Shown here: piece after piece, positions 9,358-19,019 of the stretch
Position numbering within the stretch: the stretch's first letter is position 1
How the letters are laid out: every line of letters begins with the position of its first letter
Source: an uncultured delta proteobacterium
GTDB taxonomy: Bacteria; Desulfobacterota; Desulfobacteria; Desulfobacterales; B30-G6
Length of the DNA: 64,000 nt
NCBI GenBank assembly: GCA_963823335.1
Contig: CAWGLD010000004.1
Coordinates: 256,001 to 320,000, forward strand
Reading direction: 5' to 3'
Notes under the pieces: generated by a model
What the model was told of the DNA's origin: nothing
The model's database searches: none
The model's input: only the letters and a program-made list of their open reading frames with translations
Made by a program: the position numbers and the translations under genes

Positions 9358-9649
9358 GATACACCCCCTGTTATGAGATGCTGGGCCGTGGGCCTGGTTC
9401 GATACATTTATTCTGGAACCTGGACGCTATATGGAACGGAATTAAAATAGTTTAGATATGATTTCAGGTGTCGATTTCAATGCCTTGCAGGTGAAATTGA
9501 ATTCAGAGACGTGAATAGATGAGAAATCGACAATCCAAACATGGTAGTAATATGAATAGCAAGCACTATAATTCGAGATACTTAAATAATAATGAAATGA
9601 TCACTAAATGTCAAATAATAATAAATTGCACGAATTGATGGGACCCATT

Positions 9650-9683
9650 AAAAAAGGCAGCATCATTCCTGACCTGCCTTTTT
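9650..9683. terminator. Probable bidirectional intrinsic terminator
   Basis: AAAAAGGCAG-13 nt-CTGCCTTTTT. Confidence 0.6.
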
Positions 9684-9927
9684 CCATCAGTCCGTTAGGT
9701 TTTAGTTTTATGGTGGTATAGCCAGGAATACTGCTTAAAAAAAACAACCTCTCACAACCCCTGTCGAAAATCCGCGTGGTATGCATGCTGCGGTGGATAT
9801 GCTCGTGATCATGCTTCAAACGCCACTAGTGAAGCGTTATAAAGCGACTGTAAATTATTCCGTTTATCAAAATATACACTCCGAAGATAACAACAGCATA
9901 GCCATAGTAAAGTTGAGGCTTTATGCT

Positions 9928-11496
9928 TTATGCCCCCCTTACATAGTAATTGCGCATCATGCCCATGTCTTCATGCTCAAGGTTGTGGCAATGGTAAAGA
10001 AACAGACCCGGATAATCATCGAATTCCACCAGAATCCGGACATGCTCGCCCGGCATCAGCAGAACCGTGTCTTTCCATCCTTCATCCACATAACCGTTGT
10101 GTCTCACGCCGTTTCGCCCGAGGACCCGGAACTGTTTGCCATGCAGGTGGATGGGATGCGGCATGCTCATCATACCGCCGCCGGTATTATGGAACTCCCA
10201 GAGCTCTTTGGATCCCAGCTGAACGATCTCGTCATCTGCCACACCTTCCATTTGAAAGATACGGCCATTGATGGTCCACTGCATATGTCCCATAGTGAGA
10301 TAAAATTGCCGCGGACGGTCAAAGTTGTCGGCTGCGTGTTCTTGAATGGATTTTATCTCAGAAAGTTTCTGCGGCAACGGCCTTCTGACAGTCACAGACC
10401 TGGTGACTTTAATTCTGAACAAAGAAACCTGTGCACCATTGGGAAGACCTTGATCCCTTCTGCCACCCATCATCATACCGCGCCCCATTCCCCCGCCATC
10501 AAAAGGAAGGCTGATGAGAGCAGTTTCGTATCCGACTGGGCTGTCGCTGAAATCAGACCAGAGCTCAATTCTCTCTCCAGGTGCCAGGAACACGTATGAA
10601 CGCGAAACAGGCTTTTCCAGCAATCCGCCGTCTGTGCCGATAATGACGAGGGGATGGCCATCCTGCCATGCCAATCTGTAAATACGCGAATTGGATCCAT
10701 TCAACAAACGAAGTCGATAGGCGGTGGTGGATACGGGCAGGGTAAAATCGGGTCTCCCGTTGACCAGAATCGAATCACCCAGAAAACCGGTCATCTGGGC
10801 CATCCTGTTTCCGGATGCGTATAGCAGCTGGTTGCCACTATCAAAGGCCCGATCCTGAATCACCAGAGGAACATCATATTCTCCCTCGGGTAACCCCAGG
10901 GATTGTTCTTGCGGGTCAGATACGATAAAAAGACCCGCCAGACCGCCATACACCTGTGGTCCTGTTCGCCCGTGGGGGTGAGGGTGATACCAGTAGGTTC
11001 CGGCTCTGTTTTTGATCTCGAACTCGTACAGGTAGGATTGCCCTTTGGGAACCACATAACGCGGATGTCCGTCCATAGCCGCGGGAACATGCAGACCATG
11101 CCAGTGAACAATGGATGCTTCCGGAAGTGAATTGGTAAATCGGATCCGTACTTTCTCTCCCTTTCTCGCTTTTATGATCGGTCCAAGATAGCTTCCCGGC
11201 AGTTCGACCACCCGATTTTTATCGCCCTTGTTAAGCATGGCATGATATTGCCATATCTGTGTGGCCGCTCCTGGAAACATCGCCAATTCAGCCGGTTTGG
11301 CCACAAGAGAAATATCAAGATCAGGTATAAAGCCTGTTTTTGATATGGCATCCGCATGTTGACCTGCCCCTGCTTGATGCAACAGCGGCCAGGCACCACC
11401 TGCCATCAAGCCAAGGGTCCCATAACCGGCCAGCTTCAAAAACTGTCTTCTGTCACTTCCGCCTTCAATCCATAAGTCGTCATGTATATTTTTCAT
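9928..11496 (-). CDS. Tat-exported multicopper oxidase (CueO/bilirubin-oxidase-like)
   Basis: SDRRQFLK Tat motif; copper ligands HWHG, WYHPH, HPIHLHG and HCHNLEHEDMGMM. Confidence 0.93.
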   Translation of the reverse strand: MKNIHDDLWIEGGSDRRQFLKLAGYGTLGLMAGGAWPLLHQAGAGQHADAISKTGFIPDLDISLVAKPAELAMFPGAATQIWQYHAMLNKGDKNRVVELPGSYLGPIIKARKGEKVRIRFTNSLPEASIVHWHGLHVPAAMDGHPRYVVPKGQSYLYEFEIKNRAGTYWYHPHPHGRTGPQVYGGLAGLFIVSDPQEQSLGLPEGEYDVPLVIQDRAFDSGNQLLYASGNRMAQMTGFLGDSILVNGRPDFTLPVSTTAYRLRLLNGSNSRIYRLAWQDGHPLVIIGTDGGLLEKPVSRSYVFLAPGERIELWSDFSDSPVGYETALISLPFDGGGMGRGMMMGGRRDQGLPNGAQVSLFRIKVTRSVTVRRPLPQKLSEIKSIQEHAADNFDRPRQFYLTMGHMQWTINGRIFQMEGVADDEIVQLGSKELWEFHNTGGGMMSMPHPIHLHGKQFRVLGRNGVRHNGYVDEGWKDTVLLMPGEHVRILVEFDDYPGLFLYHCHNLEHEDMGMMRNYYVRGA

Positions 11497-11541
11497 GATC
11501 AACTCCGTTGCCAAAAAAAGCCAATACATTGCCTGAAAATC

Positions 11542-11572
11542 AGCAGGGCGGTCAATGAAGGATCGCCCTGCT
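11542..11572 (-). terminator. Hairpin between the zraP-like gene and the oxidase (terminator or mRNA stabiliser)
   Basis: AGCAGGGCGGTC/GATCGCCCTGCT, 11/12 stem. Confidence 0.5.
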
Positions 11573-11594
11573 ATAAATGATATACAGATGTTTA

Positions 11595-12092
11595 CTACCA
11601 GCAGTTGCCGCCTCCGCCGTTATAACCATATCCCATCATCGGACCACCGGATCCCATCATGGGGCCGCCAGATTTGTAACCACGGCCAGCGTTCGGGTTC
11701 AGCTTCCGCATTTCAACCATATGCGCGATGCGCTTCTGATCGAACTGGGACTGCAGATCGGAAATCTCTTTTTGCAGGCGGGATGCCTGGGCCACGTCCG
11801 GCTCCTCTTTGGCCAGTTCGTTCTGCAGATCGCGTTCTTTTTCAAAGAGACTGGTCCGGATATCCTGGGTCTCATTGAAAAACGCTTCCCTATTCTGCTC
11901 GAACTGCTTGTATGCTTCCGGGCTCATTTGATCGACATTCCCATTGCCGTAACCATCCTGGTAGTGCATACCCCCACGATGGTGACCCCAGCCGCCGCCC
12001 CAGCCCATTCCACTATGGGCAAACGCGTTGATGCCGATTCCGAGTACCGCAATTAAAGCGATGGTGATGATAACATTTCTTAATCTAAACAT
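11595..12092 (-). CDS. zraP: ZraP/Spy/CpxP-family periplasmic metal-binding protein
   Basis: Signal peptide ending AFA-H, Gly/Met/His-rich termini and a coiled-coil core; RBS GGAGG; sigma54 promoter; zraSR nearby. Confidence 0.8.
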   Translation of the reverse strand: MFRLRNVIITIALIAVLGIGINAFAHSGMGWGGGWGHHRGGMHYQDGYGNGNVDQMSPEAYKQFEQNREAFFNETQDIRTSLFEKERDLQNELAKEEPDVAQASRLQKEISDLQSQFDQKRIAHMVEMRKLNPNAGRGYKSGGPMMGSGGPMMGYGYNGGGGNCW

Positions 12093-12156
12093 TTTTGTTT
12101 CCTCCTTGGTTTGTTTTGGTTCAATGTTCTTTGTAACTGATCTGCCTGGATAACAG

Positions 12157-12172
12157 AGCAAGCAGCATGCCA
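12157..12172 (-). promoter_or_regulatory. sigma54 (-24/-12) promoter
   Basis: TGGCATGCTGCTTGCT (GG-N10-GC). Confidence 0.85.
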
Positions 12173-12281
12173 GTCGCTAAAAAAAACAATAAAATTATAT
12201 TAACTTACTGATAATATATATAATTTAGGAAATTGAAATATTTGACCGGAAGAGAGAATGCCATTGGCTCTTAAAAATGAT

Positions 12282-12337
12282 GGTATAAATTTTACCCGAT
12301 TTAGTTTGTTAGAAAAAATATAGTATATTTTTTACCC
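12282..12337 (-). promoter_or_regulatory. Paired 16-bp enhancer (UAS) sites, 40 bp apart
   Basis: GGGTAAAATTTATACC and GGGTAAAAAATATACT, about 110 bp upstream of the sigma54 promoter. Confidence 0.7.
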
Positions 12338-12733
12338 TCAGTTCCAGCTTTGGAACTGGCATTTCTTTATGCTGAGATAACTGAGCTTATTGAATGTTCA
12401 TACCTAAACGATCAACAGGCGCCCCACACCTATGCGTTTTATTTACTCGGAGCACAGGCTCTGAAAAATCAATCCGTTATTGATTATTCTGATAACTGGA
12501 CTATCTTTAGTGATATTATAATCAAAAAAATGCCTGTGTAGAAAATAGATCCGACCATTTTCACCCAGGCGATTGGAGGATATAATGAATCACGTTAAAA
12601 TCGGCCATATCCTTGGGATACGTTTTCTTGTATTTGAAACAGTCAAAGAAAACCCAGGCAATGTATATTTTTTCTTTAATCAAGATGGAGCGTATTCCGG
12701 GTCAAATTTTACAGGGAGGTAAAGAGGTTAGAT

Positions 12734-13030
12734 ATGGAACACTTTCTGAAGGGGCACAGGGTCATGTTCGGCATGGGAATAATTTTCATATTTATGGGTG
12801 TTATCAGCCTGTTGCTGGATGCCGGCCCTAAAGTGAGAGCCTGGTTGATTGTACTGCCTTTTGTCGGCGTCTTGATCGATATCGTGGCCATGTGACTCAA
12901 AGCGTTTGTTTCGCCAATCTTTTTCTGGCTGCATTTACACGGTGGCGGCCTTTTCGGCCTGGTATTCGTCTATGTGTCTCTGCGGGCACTGTGGGAAATG
13001 TGGATCAAGCCCCCGTCTCAGGAATCATGA
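12734..13030 (+). pseudogene. Membrane-protein remnant with an internal TGA (12893-12895)
   Basis: Continuous hydrophobic frame MEHF..IDIVAM*LKAFVSPIFFWLHLHGGGLFG..WEMW. Confidence 0.6.
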
Positions 13031-13049
13031 TCAGAGTCTCCCTTATAAA

Positions 13050-15446
13050 CTAAAACCGTATCTGCAGTCCGCCTCCCCAGCCGAATTCAGAATGCCACTG
13101 GCCCAGCAGGGAAACGGATTTTGTCAGCATATAGGACAAACCGGTCTTGCCTTCCCACAAATCATGGGTGTCGTATTGGACTTCGCCAATCAAGGATAGT
13201 CGCGGGGTCAAGCTGAACTCTTTGTCAAGTTTCACCCTGGCGCCACCATCGCTATCCACCCAAAGCATGGATTCTAAATTCAGGGGCAGTAGATAGTGTA
13301 CACCCAGCACGCCGCGGGTTTCCTCTGTTTCATCCCCTTCCCCGCTTACATCAACACCGGCAAACAGACTGCTAAATCGGTTCAGATAACGATCATAGGA
13401 GAAAAGTCCTTCCCAATCGGTGCCATCAACACCTTGCCAGCCGACTTCCCACTGCACCTCAAAGATGTTGCGTGTGTCCGACAGGGTGAGAGCACCTTCG
13501 GTCATGTTACTAAGGACTTCGGCCTCACCCCAGGCATACCAGGATTCCTTAAATAGGTTAGGCCGCGCAGCAGCGACATCCGGATTGGGCTGATAGCCGT
13601 CATAGTGGAGGACCCGTGCCATGCCGCTTTTCATGTGGTAGAGCAGATGACAATGAAAAAACCAGTCACCGAGCTCATTGGCCTTAAATTCGATTACCGT
13701 TGTAGACATGGGTTCAACATCAACTGTATGTTTAAGCGGTGCGTGCTCCCCCTGACCGTTGATGACTCTGAAAAAATGACCGTGCAGATGCATAGGATGG
13801 TGCATCATGGTACGGTTGATCATAATAAATCGGACGACTTCACCGGCACGGATACGAATGACATCACTCTCAGAAAGCGCTTTGTTGTTTAGAAACCATA
13901 CATACCTCTCCATATCCCCATCCAATGTCAGCCGGATTTCACGAACAGGCTTGTCTGTTTCAAATGCAGTCGGCTCCAATGCACGCAGTTTTGAATAGGG
14001 TGCCCAGGGGCGTCTCGGGTCCAAACCATCTACTGCCAGATCCTCCCTGGATGAAACATCTGCTGCCAGGAAACGAAAATCTGTTGCATATTTTTTCCCC
14101 TTGCGGTCTTTATGTTGCACACTCGACATATCCTGGGATGCATGCCCGGTTTTTTTCGTGCTATCCATTTCATGGGTTTTATTCATAGCCGTATCCATCT
14201 TCTCATGGCTTTCTGCGGTGGCGTCCATTTCAGCACTCATGTCCTGGTTTGCTGGGGTGGCATGGCCACCGTGCCCCATGCCTTCTTGTTCTTGCGCCAT
14301 GGACATCCCCTGCATCCCCATCATTCCGGGTTGATCGAATTTTCCGGACGCTATTTCGTCATCCGGCATACCCATGGCACCGTTGGGCGTGAGCGCCCAG
14401 ATGGAGGATTGGCTTGCATGGCTCATCTGATACAAATTGGGTTGAGGGACATCGGACGCAGGAAAACGTTCACCAGTCCCAAGCCACACAGATGCATAAT
14501 CCGATGCGTCATGGGCTGTGGCCCTCAACTCGTAAGCACCATTCTTGGGGGTTTCAACCAGTACATCGTAGGTTTCGGCAACACCGATCAAAAAGCGTTG
14601 CTGTGCTATCGGCTGCACCTCCTGGCCATCGGCTGCAACAATTTCCATGGGACCGCCCGCATACTCGAGATGAAAATAAGTTGTGGCGGATCCGTTGATA
14701 ATTCTCAGACGAACCGTTTCCCCACCGGTTGTTTTGATATGGGTTTCCGGCCGGCCGTTGGCTAAAAAGTAATCATAGGCCACATCAGCGATGTCCATGG
14801 CCGGCATGCGCTGTAACTCACGTGTAACATAGTCATCAAGCTTGCCGATGCGATACGCTCCCAGAATACTTTGACTGCTTCCCTTTTCAAGTGCATACCA
14901 TTCGCTTCCGCGCTTCAGTGAGCGCAGTACGCTGTGCGGATCTTCGGTAGTCCAATCAGACAGCAGTATCACGTGGTCGCTGTCCACATGCCGGTTTCCA
15001 TGTTCAGACTCGATAACGATAGACCCATAAACACCGTTTTGCTCCTGCAGATTTGAGTGTGAGTGGTACCAATAGGTGCCGCTCTGGCGAATGGGAAACT
15101 CGTAGGTAAAGGTTGCGCCGGGTTGAATCGGTGGAAAACTGATGTAAGGCACTCCATCCATGTCTGGCGGTACCAACAATCCATGCCAGTGAATTGATGT
15201 TGCCACAGACATGCGGTTATGAACAAGAATGCGCGCTGTATCCCCTTGCTTGAAACGTAATGTCGGACCGGGAATACCGCCATTGATGGTCATGCCTTCG
15301 GCTGTTTTACCTGTGATGGTTACCTTTTCCTGGGCAATGGTCAGTTCATAATTCACTGTTTCTGCCCTTCCCCAACCAGGTATCGCGCCCATGGTTAAGA
15401 GTAAAATGGGCAACCATATATACTGAGTTATTTGTCTTCTTTTCAT
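13050..15446 (-). CDS. CopA-type copper-resistance multicopper oxidase with a His/Met-rich linker and a C-terminal CopB-like beta-barrel region
   Basis: HWHG, WYHSH, HPMHLHG and HCHLLYHM; C-terminal amphipathic strands ending in F. Confidence 0.9.
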   Translation of the reverse strand: MKRRQITQYIWLPILLLTMGAIPGWGRAETVNYELTIAQEKVTITGKTAEGMTINGGIPGPTLRFKQGDTARILVHNRMSVATSIHWHGLLVPPDMDGVPYISFPPIQPGATFTYEFPIRQSGTYWYHSHSNLQEQNGVYGSIVIESEHGNRHVDSDHVILLSDWTTEDPHSVLRSLKRGSEWYALEKGSSQSILGAYRIGKLDDYVTRELQRMPAMDIADVAYDYFLANGRPETHIKTTGGETVRLRIINGSATTYFHLEYAGGPMEIVAADGQEVQPIAQQRFLIGVAETYDVLVETPKNGAYELRATAHDASDYASVWLGTGERFPASDVPQPNLYQMSHASQSSIWALTPNGAMGMPDDEIASGKFDQPGMMGMQGMSMAQEQEGMGHGGHATPANQDMSAEMDATAESHEKMDTAMNKTHEMDSTKKTGHASQDMSSVQHKDRKGKKYATDFRFLAADVSSREDLAVDGLDPRRPWAPYSKLRALEPTAFETDKPVREIRLTLDGDMERYVWFLNNKALSESDVIRIRAGEVVRFIMINRTMMHHPMHLHGHFFRVINGQGEHAPLKHTVDVEPMSTTVIEFKANELGDWFFHCHLLYHMKSGMARVLHYDGYQPNPDVAAARPNLFKESWYAWGEAEVLSNMTEGALTLSDTRNIFEVQWEVGWQGVDGTDWEGLFSYDRYLNRFSSLFAGVDVSGEGDETEETRGVLGVHYLLPLNLESMLWVDSDGGARVKLDKEFSLTPRLSLIGEVQYDTHDLWEGKTGLSYMLTKSVSLLGQWHSEFGWGGGLQIRF

Positions 15447-15498
15447 AACTTTTGTTTCCTTTTATCGTAACATACTTCTGATCAGCCGACACATGGCT

Positions 15499-15800
15499 TC
15501 AACGGCCAACCATTTGTATGTTTCCTGTCTGTTTGTCCACCAGCAGGCTTTGAATGGGGCTTCCGTCTGCCCGAACGATTTTAGCGATATAATAGCGCCC
15601 TTTGTTCTCGAGCGAGTTGATTTTGAATTTCTCGGAAACTGTTTGGCTTACCTCACGATCAATAATGATACGGGCAGTACCGGTGCTCATCCCGTCAAAC
15701 ATCTCCTGGATGATTTCGCGGTCGGATGAATCAGCGGCAAAATCAGAATTGCTAGCGGAAGATTCAGGGTCTTTTTTGTCTGCATAAGCCTGTTGTATGA
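15499..15800 (-). pseudogene. 5'-truncated remnant of a probable exported protein
   Basis: The frame of ORF 15499-15702 extends upstream as FIQQAYADKKDPESS.. with no start codon and abuts a PP2C fragment. Confidence 0.5.
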
Positions 15801-15997
15801 ATTAGACCACTGCAGGCCAGACGGCTTGCAAGCTCCCCACCAGGCTGGCCGCCCATTCCGTCGGCAACTGCAAACAGACGTCCCTTGGCGTGTAAAGATA
15901 CATCCTCAGAGGTTACCCGCAGGGCATCTTGATTCTGTTGACGCTGCCCAATGTGGGATGAATATCCATAGTCGATTGTATAAAAATCCGGCTTCAT
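15764..15997 (-). pseudogene. N-terminal fragment of a PP2C/PrpC Ser/Thr phosphatase
   Basis: SHIGQRQQNQDA and LFAVADGMGG..GGELAS motifs; similarity stops after about 65 aa. Confidence 0.8.
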
Positions 15998-16026
15998 CAC
16001 CTTCTTTCGTTTCCTCACATCCTCAC

Positions 16027-16221
16027 TATCCACAACACGGTGTTTTTTTTATATCCAATGTTCCGATACTCGGCGTCACGACCTGGGTGATAGTCGGCAC
16101 GATTCTTGGACGAATGCCTGGCCTGCGACCCACAATGATCACAACGGCAAATCCGACGGCCAACCCGCTCAGAGCGCCCCCGATAGACCCGAATGAATCG
16201 GCAATCCTTTTTAAATTCTTA
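16027..16221 (-). pseudogene. Possible RseC/MucC-like C-terminal membrane remnant
   Basis: Start-less frame KNLKRIADSFGSIGGALSGLAVGFAVVIIVGRR..IVPTITQVV with in-frame stops upstream. Confidence 0.3.
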
Positions 16222-16293
16222 CGCGCTCATTCCTGTCACCATCCCTTGTTACAAAAAGCGGCTATTACAAGTTTACACACTCTATCGCGTTTT

Positions 16294-16554
16294 TCAGATC
16301 TTCGCCCGATAAAGCCTCAGACTGTTGCTGACAACGGATATACTGCTCATGGCCATGGCCAGGGCGGCAAGGATGGGATGAAGCTGTCGCAACATCATGG
16401 GGAAAGACTCAAAAGGCGCCAGTATACCCGCTGCCACAATACCATAAATCAATGACCTTCCTTTATTAGTTTTTGTGCCGGCACAGCAGGATATCCCGGG
16501 GGATTCATTGCCTATATTATTTTTTTCATCTTGAGTTTTCATTTTCATTTCCAT
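16294..16554 (-). pseudogene. Internally deleted P1B-type Cu(I) ATPase (N-terminal stub joined to the last helices)
   Basis: C-terminus VAAGIL..LHPILAALAMAMSSISVVSNSLRL is the diagnostic CopA-ATPase ending; only 86 codons in total. Confidence 0.8.
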
Positions 16555-16558
16555 ACTC

Positions 16559-16813
16559 TTAATGACAGCATTGTGGTTTGCCGCCAGTCGTCTTATTAAG
16601 ACGATTTATATATCGACCCCACAAACCCTTTTTTTTTGGTAATTTCTTTGCTAAATATTTCTTCGGGTCAGCAATAAATTCTTTTCGGCATGTTTCGGCG
16701 CAAAAAAAATAGGTGTTCTCGTTAAAAGTAAATGGCAGCACCTTACTGTTTTCGGCAACTTTCATTCGACACACCGGATCGACTTTAATATTTGTATTGG
16801 TTTGGATTTTCAT
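16559..16813 (-). CDS. YHS-domain protein
   Basis: DPVCRMKV..YFFCAETC..F.ADP.KY; C-terminal CCH. Confidence 0.88.
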   Translation of the reverse strand: MKIQTNTNIKVDPVCRMKVAENSKVLPFTFNENTYFFCAETCRKEFIADPKKYLAKKLPKKKGLWGRYINRLNKTTGGKPQCCH

Positions 16814-16846
16814 GTTGCGCCTCCGTTGTTGTTTTAAATGACCTCT

Positions 16847-17200
16847 CTAAATCGATAGATCCCGCCGTTTATTCTCAAATTCAGCCTTGTCTATTTCACC
16901 TTGAGCATAACGCTGTTTGAGGGTTTCAATTGGATTTCGTACACCATCTTGATGGTGTTTAGCGCCACGAACTCCGTTAACCGTCCCTGAAACCAGCAGT
17001 GCAATGGCTCCAATAAGAAAGACCCAGAAAATAATCATTATGATTCCCATACCGCCTCCCATATAACCATGATGTCCCATCAGATATCGACCGTTTCCCG
17101 ACCACCCGCCCATACCATGATCGTATAGAAACCAGACACCCAGGGCTATGAGGGACACGGACACGCCAAGGCTGAGAAGTGTTGAAGCTGTTCGTTTCAT
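16847..17200 (-). CDS. SHOCT-domain membrane protein
   Basis: Two TM helices, a Gly/Met/His linker and LKQRYAQGEIDKAEFE. Confidence 0.88.
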   Translation of the reverse strand: MKRTASTLLSLGVSVSLIALGVWFLYDHGMGGWSGNGRYLMGHHGYMGGGMGIIMIIFWVFLIGAIALLVSGTVNGVRGAKHHQDGVRNPIETLKQRYAQGEIDKAEFENKRRDLSI

Positions 17201-17295
17201 CTTTATTATCCTTTCTGAATAGTCTTATGCTTTTTTATCGATGGTAATTATCGGACCCAAAAGGCATCGCCTTTCAACCGTTCATTACAGTTAAG

Positions 17296-17311
17296 AGCAA
17301 GGCCTATGCCA
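17296..17311 (-). promoter_or_regulatory. sigma54 (-24/-12) promoter
   Basis: TGGCATAGGCCTTGCT (GG-N10-GC). Confidence 0.85.
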
Positions 17312-17423
17312 AAAAAGCGCTTATTCATCTGACAATAAATCTAACCAACTAATTAATTACGGTTTTTTAGAAATACATGCGGTGTTTCGGAAACAATTCA
17401 GGCAGGCTGTTTCTCTCATAAGC

Positions 17424-17479
17424 GTGTAAACAATAAACACATAATCATTTATGGATCGATAGCGTGTAACATTTATACG
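17424..17479 (+). promoter_or_regulatory. Paired 16-bp enhancer (UAS) sites, 40 bp apart
   Basis: GTGTAAACAATAAACA and GTGTAACATTTATACG, about 113 bp upstream of the sigma54 promoter. Confidence 0.7.
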
Positions 17480-17511
17480 TTTTTCTGTGAAGCACGTAGA
17501 AGCACTCTCAA

Positions 17512-17562
17512 TTGAAACTCCCCGCCGCAAGCAGCGGGGAATGCGCTCGCTATTGCGGTTCA
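17512..17562 (+). repeat. Repeat family A, short form
   Basis: TTGAAACT-CCCCGCCGCAAGCAGCGGGG-AATGCGCTCGCTATTGCGGTTCA. Confidence 0.85.
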
Positions 17563-17581
17563 AAGAAGAGAGAAGATCCAC

Positions 17582-18970
17582 TCATTTGGGATCCAATCCA
17601 TAGCCTTTCAATTTATTGTGCAGGGTCTTTCGGGTAACCCCTAAACGGCGGGCAGCTTCGGCTTTATTTCCGTTGCTGGCTTTCAGGGTGGCAAGTACAG
17701 CCTCTCTTTCAATATCTTCCAACGAACGCATACCGTCCGTTATGGGTGCCGCAGTGGCTGCCGATGCTTCGAGATCGGGATATTTTTCGGTGATATTCAG
17801 CGGCAGCTGTTTCTCGGTAATATACTCCCCGGAAAGCAGAATGACGGCTCGCTCCATGGCGTTTTCCAGTTCCCTGACGTTCCCGGGCCAGTTATAATTG
17901 AGCAGCATATCCATGGCCAATGGAACAAAGCCCTTAACAGACTTGCGGTTTTTGCCGGCAAATTTTTCAAGAAAATGCTGGGCCAGCAAGGGGATATCCT
18001 CCTGCCTTTTCCTCAATGGCGGCACATCCAAAGGCATGACGTTCAGGCGATAAAAAAGATCTTCCCGGAAATGCCCCTGGGCGACATCGGATTCCAGGTC
18101 ACGGTTGGTAGCGGCAACCACCCTGACATCCACCTTGATGGTCTCCTCACCGCCCACACGCTGTATTTCTCTTTCCTGAAGAACCCGCAAAAGCTTGGCC
18201 TGCATCGTGGAGGGCATTTCTCCAATTTCATCCAGAAAGATGGTTCCGTGATTGGCCAGCATAAACCGGCCTTCGCGGCGTTTGTCCGCGCCTGTAAAGG
18301 CACCCTTTTCGTGTCCGAACAGCTCTGACTCGAGCAGTGTTTCCGCAATGGCCGCACAATTGACCACCACCAGGGGCTTTTCCCGGCGCGGGCTGTTGAA
18401 ATGCAGGGATCGGGCAATCAATTCCTTGCCGGTGCCACTTTCGCCGGTGATTAACACGGTGGCCTCGGAGGGTGCGACCATGGACACCATATCCAATAAT
18501 TTCTTCATCGGCTGACTTCTGCCGATGATGTTCTCAAGGTTATAATCCCCTCGCAGATGCTCCTTTAAAGCCCTGTTCTCTTCTCTGAGCCCGGCGTGCT
18601 CACCGGCCCGCTCGATGGTGAGTTTCAGGACTTCAAAATCCAGCGGCTTGATCAGGTAATCGTAAGCCCCGGACTTCAAAGCCTCCACCGCCGTGTCCAC
18701 GGATGAATAGGCCGTCATGATAATAACCGGAATCGTGGGGTTGTAGGCTTTGATCTGCTTAAGTGCTTCGATGCCGCTCATGGTTGCCATACGAACGTCC
18801 ATCAGAATAAGATCCATGGGTCCGGATTTCACCACATCCACAGCGGCATCTCCGTCATCGGCGGTTTCGGCCGCATACCCCCAGCTCCGAATGACGGTTT
18901 TGAGTGAAACCAGATGACCGGGATCGTCATCCACGATCAATATTTTGGTTGTTTTAGGCGATACCATCAT
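17582..18970 (-). CDS. zraR: sigma54-dependent response regulator (REC-AAA+-Fis HTH), ZraR-like
   Basis: ILIVDDD, GESGTGKE, GAFTGA and Fis-type HTH; context of zraP and zraS. Confidence 0.88.
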   Translation of the reverse strand: MMVSPKTTKILIVDDDPGHLVSLKTVIRSWGYAAETADDGDAAVDVVKSGPMDLILMDVRMATMSGIEALKQIKAYNPTIPVIIMTAYSSVDTAVEALKSGAYDYLIKPLDFEVLKLTIERAGEHAGLREENRALKEHLRGDYNLENIIGRSQPMKKLLDMVSMVAPSEATVLITGESGTGKELIARSLHFNSPRREKPLVVVNCAAIAETLLESELFGHEKGAFTGADKRREGRFMLANHGTIFLDEIGEMPSTMQAKLLRVLQEREIQRVGGEETIKVDVRVVAATNRDLESDVAQGHFREDLFYRLNVMPLDVPPLRKRQEDIPLLAQHFLEKFAGKNRKSVKGFVPLAMDMLLNYNWPGNVRELENAMERAVILLSGEYITEKQLPLNITEKYPDLEASAATAAPITDGMRSLEDIEREAVLATLKASNGNKAEAARRLGVTRKTLHNKLKGYGLDPK

Positions 18971-19019
18971 GACCTCCTGATTGTTTCACTGATATGATAT
19001 CGTTTATAATAACGGCTCA

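Noticed and set aside
9604-9920. His-rich ORF MKHDHEHIH.. as a real gene or a transporter remnant
   Set aside because: It has a TTG start with no RBS and runs through a terminator. The resemblance to His-tailed transporters is too short to support.
12893-12895. Second selenocysteine codon
   Set aside because: It lies in a hydrophobic helix with no redox motif and no downstream hairpin; a Trp-to-stop mutation is more plausible.
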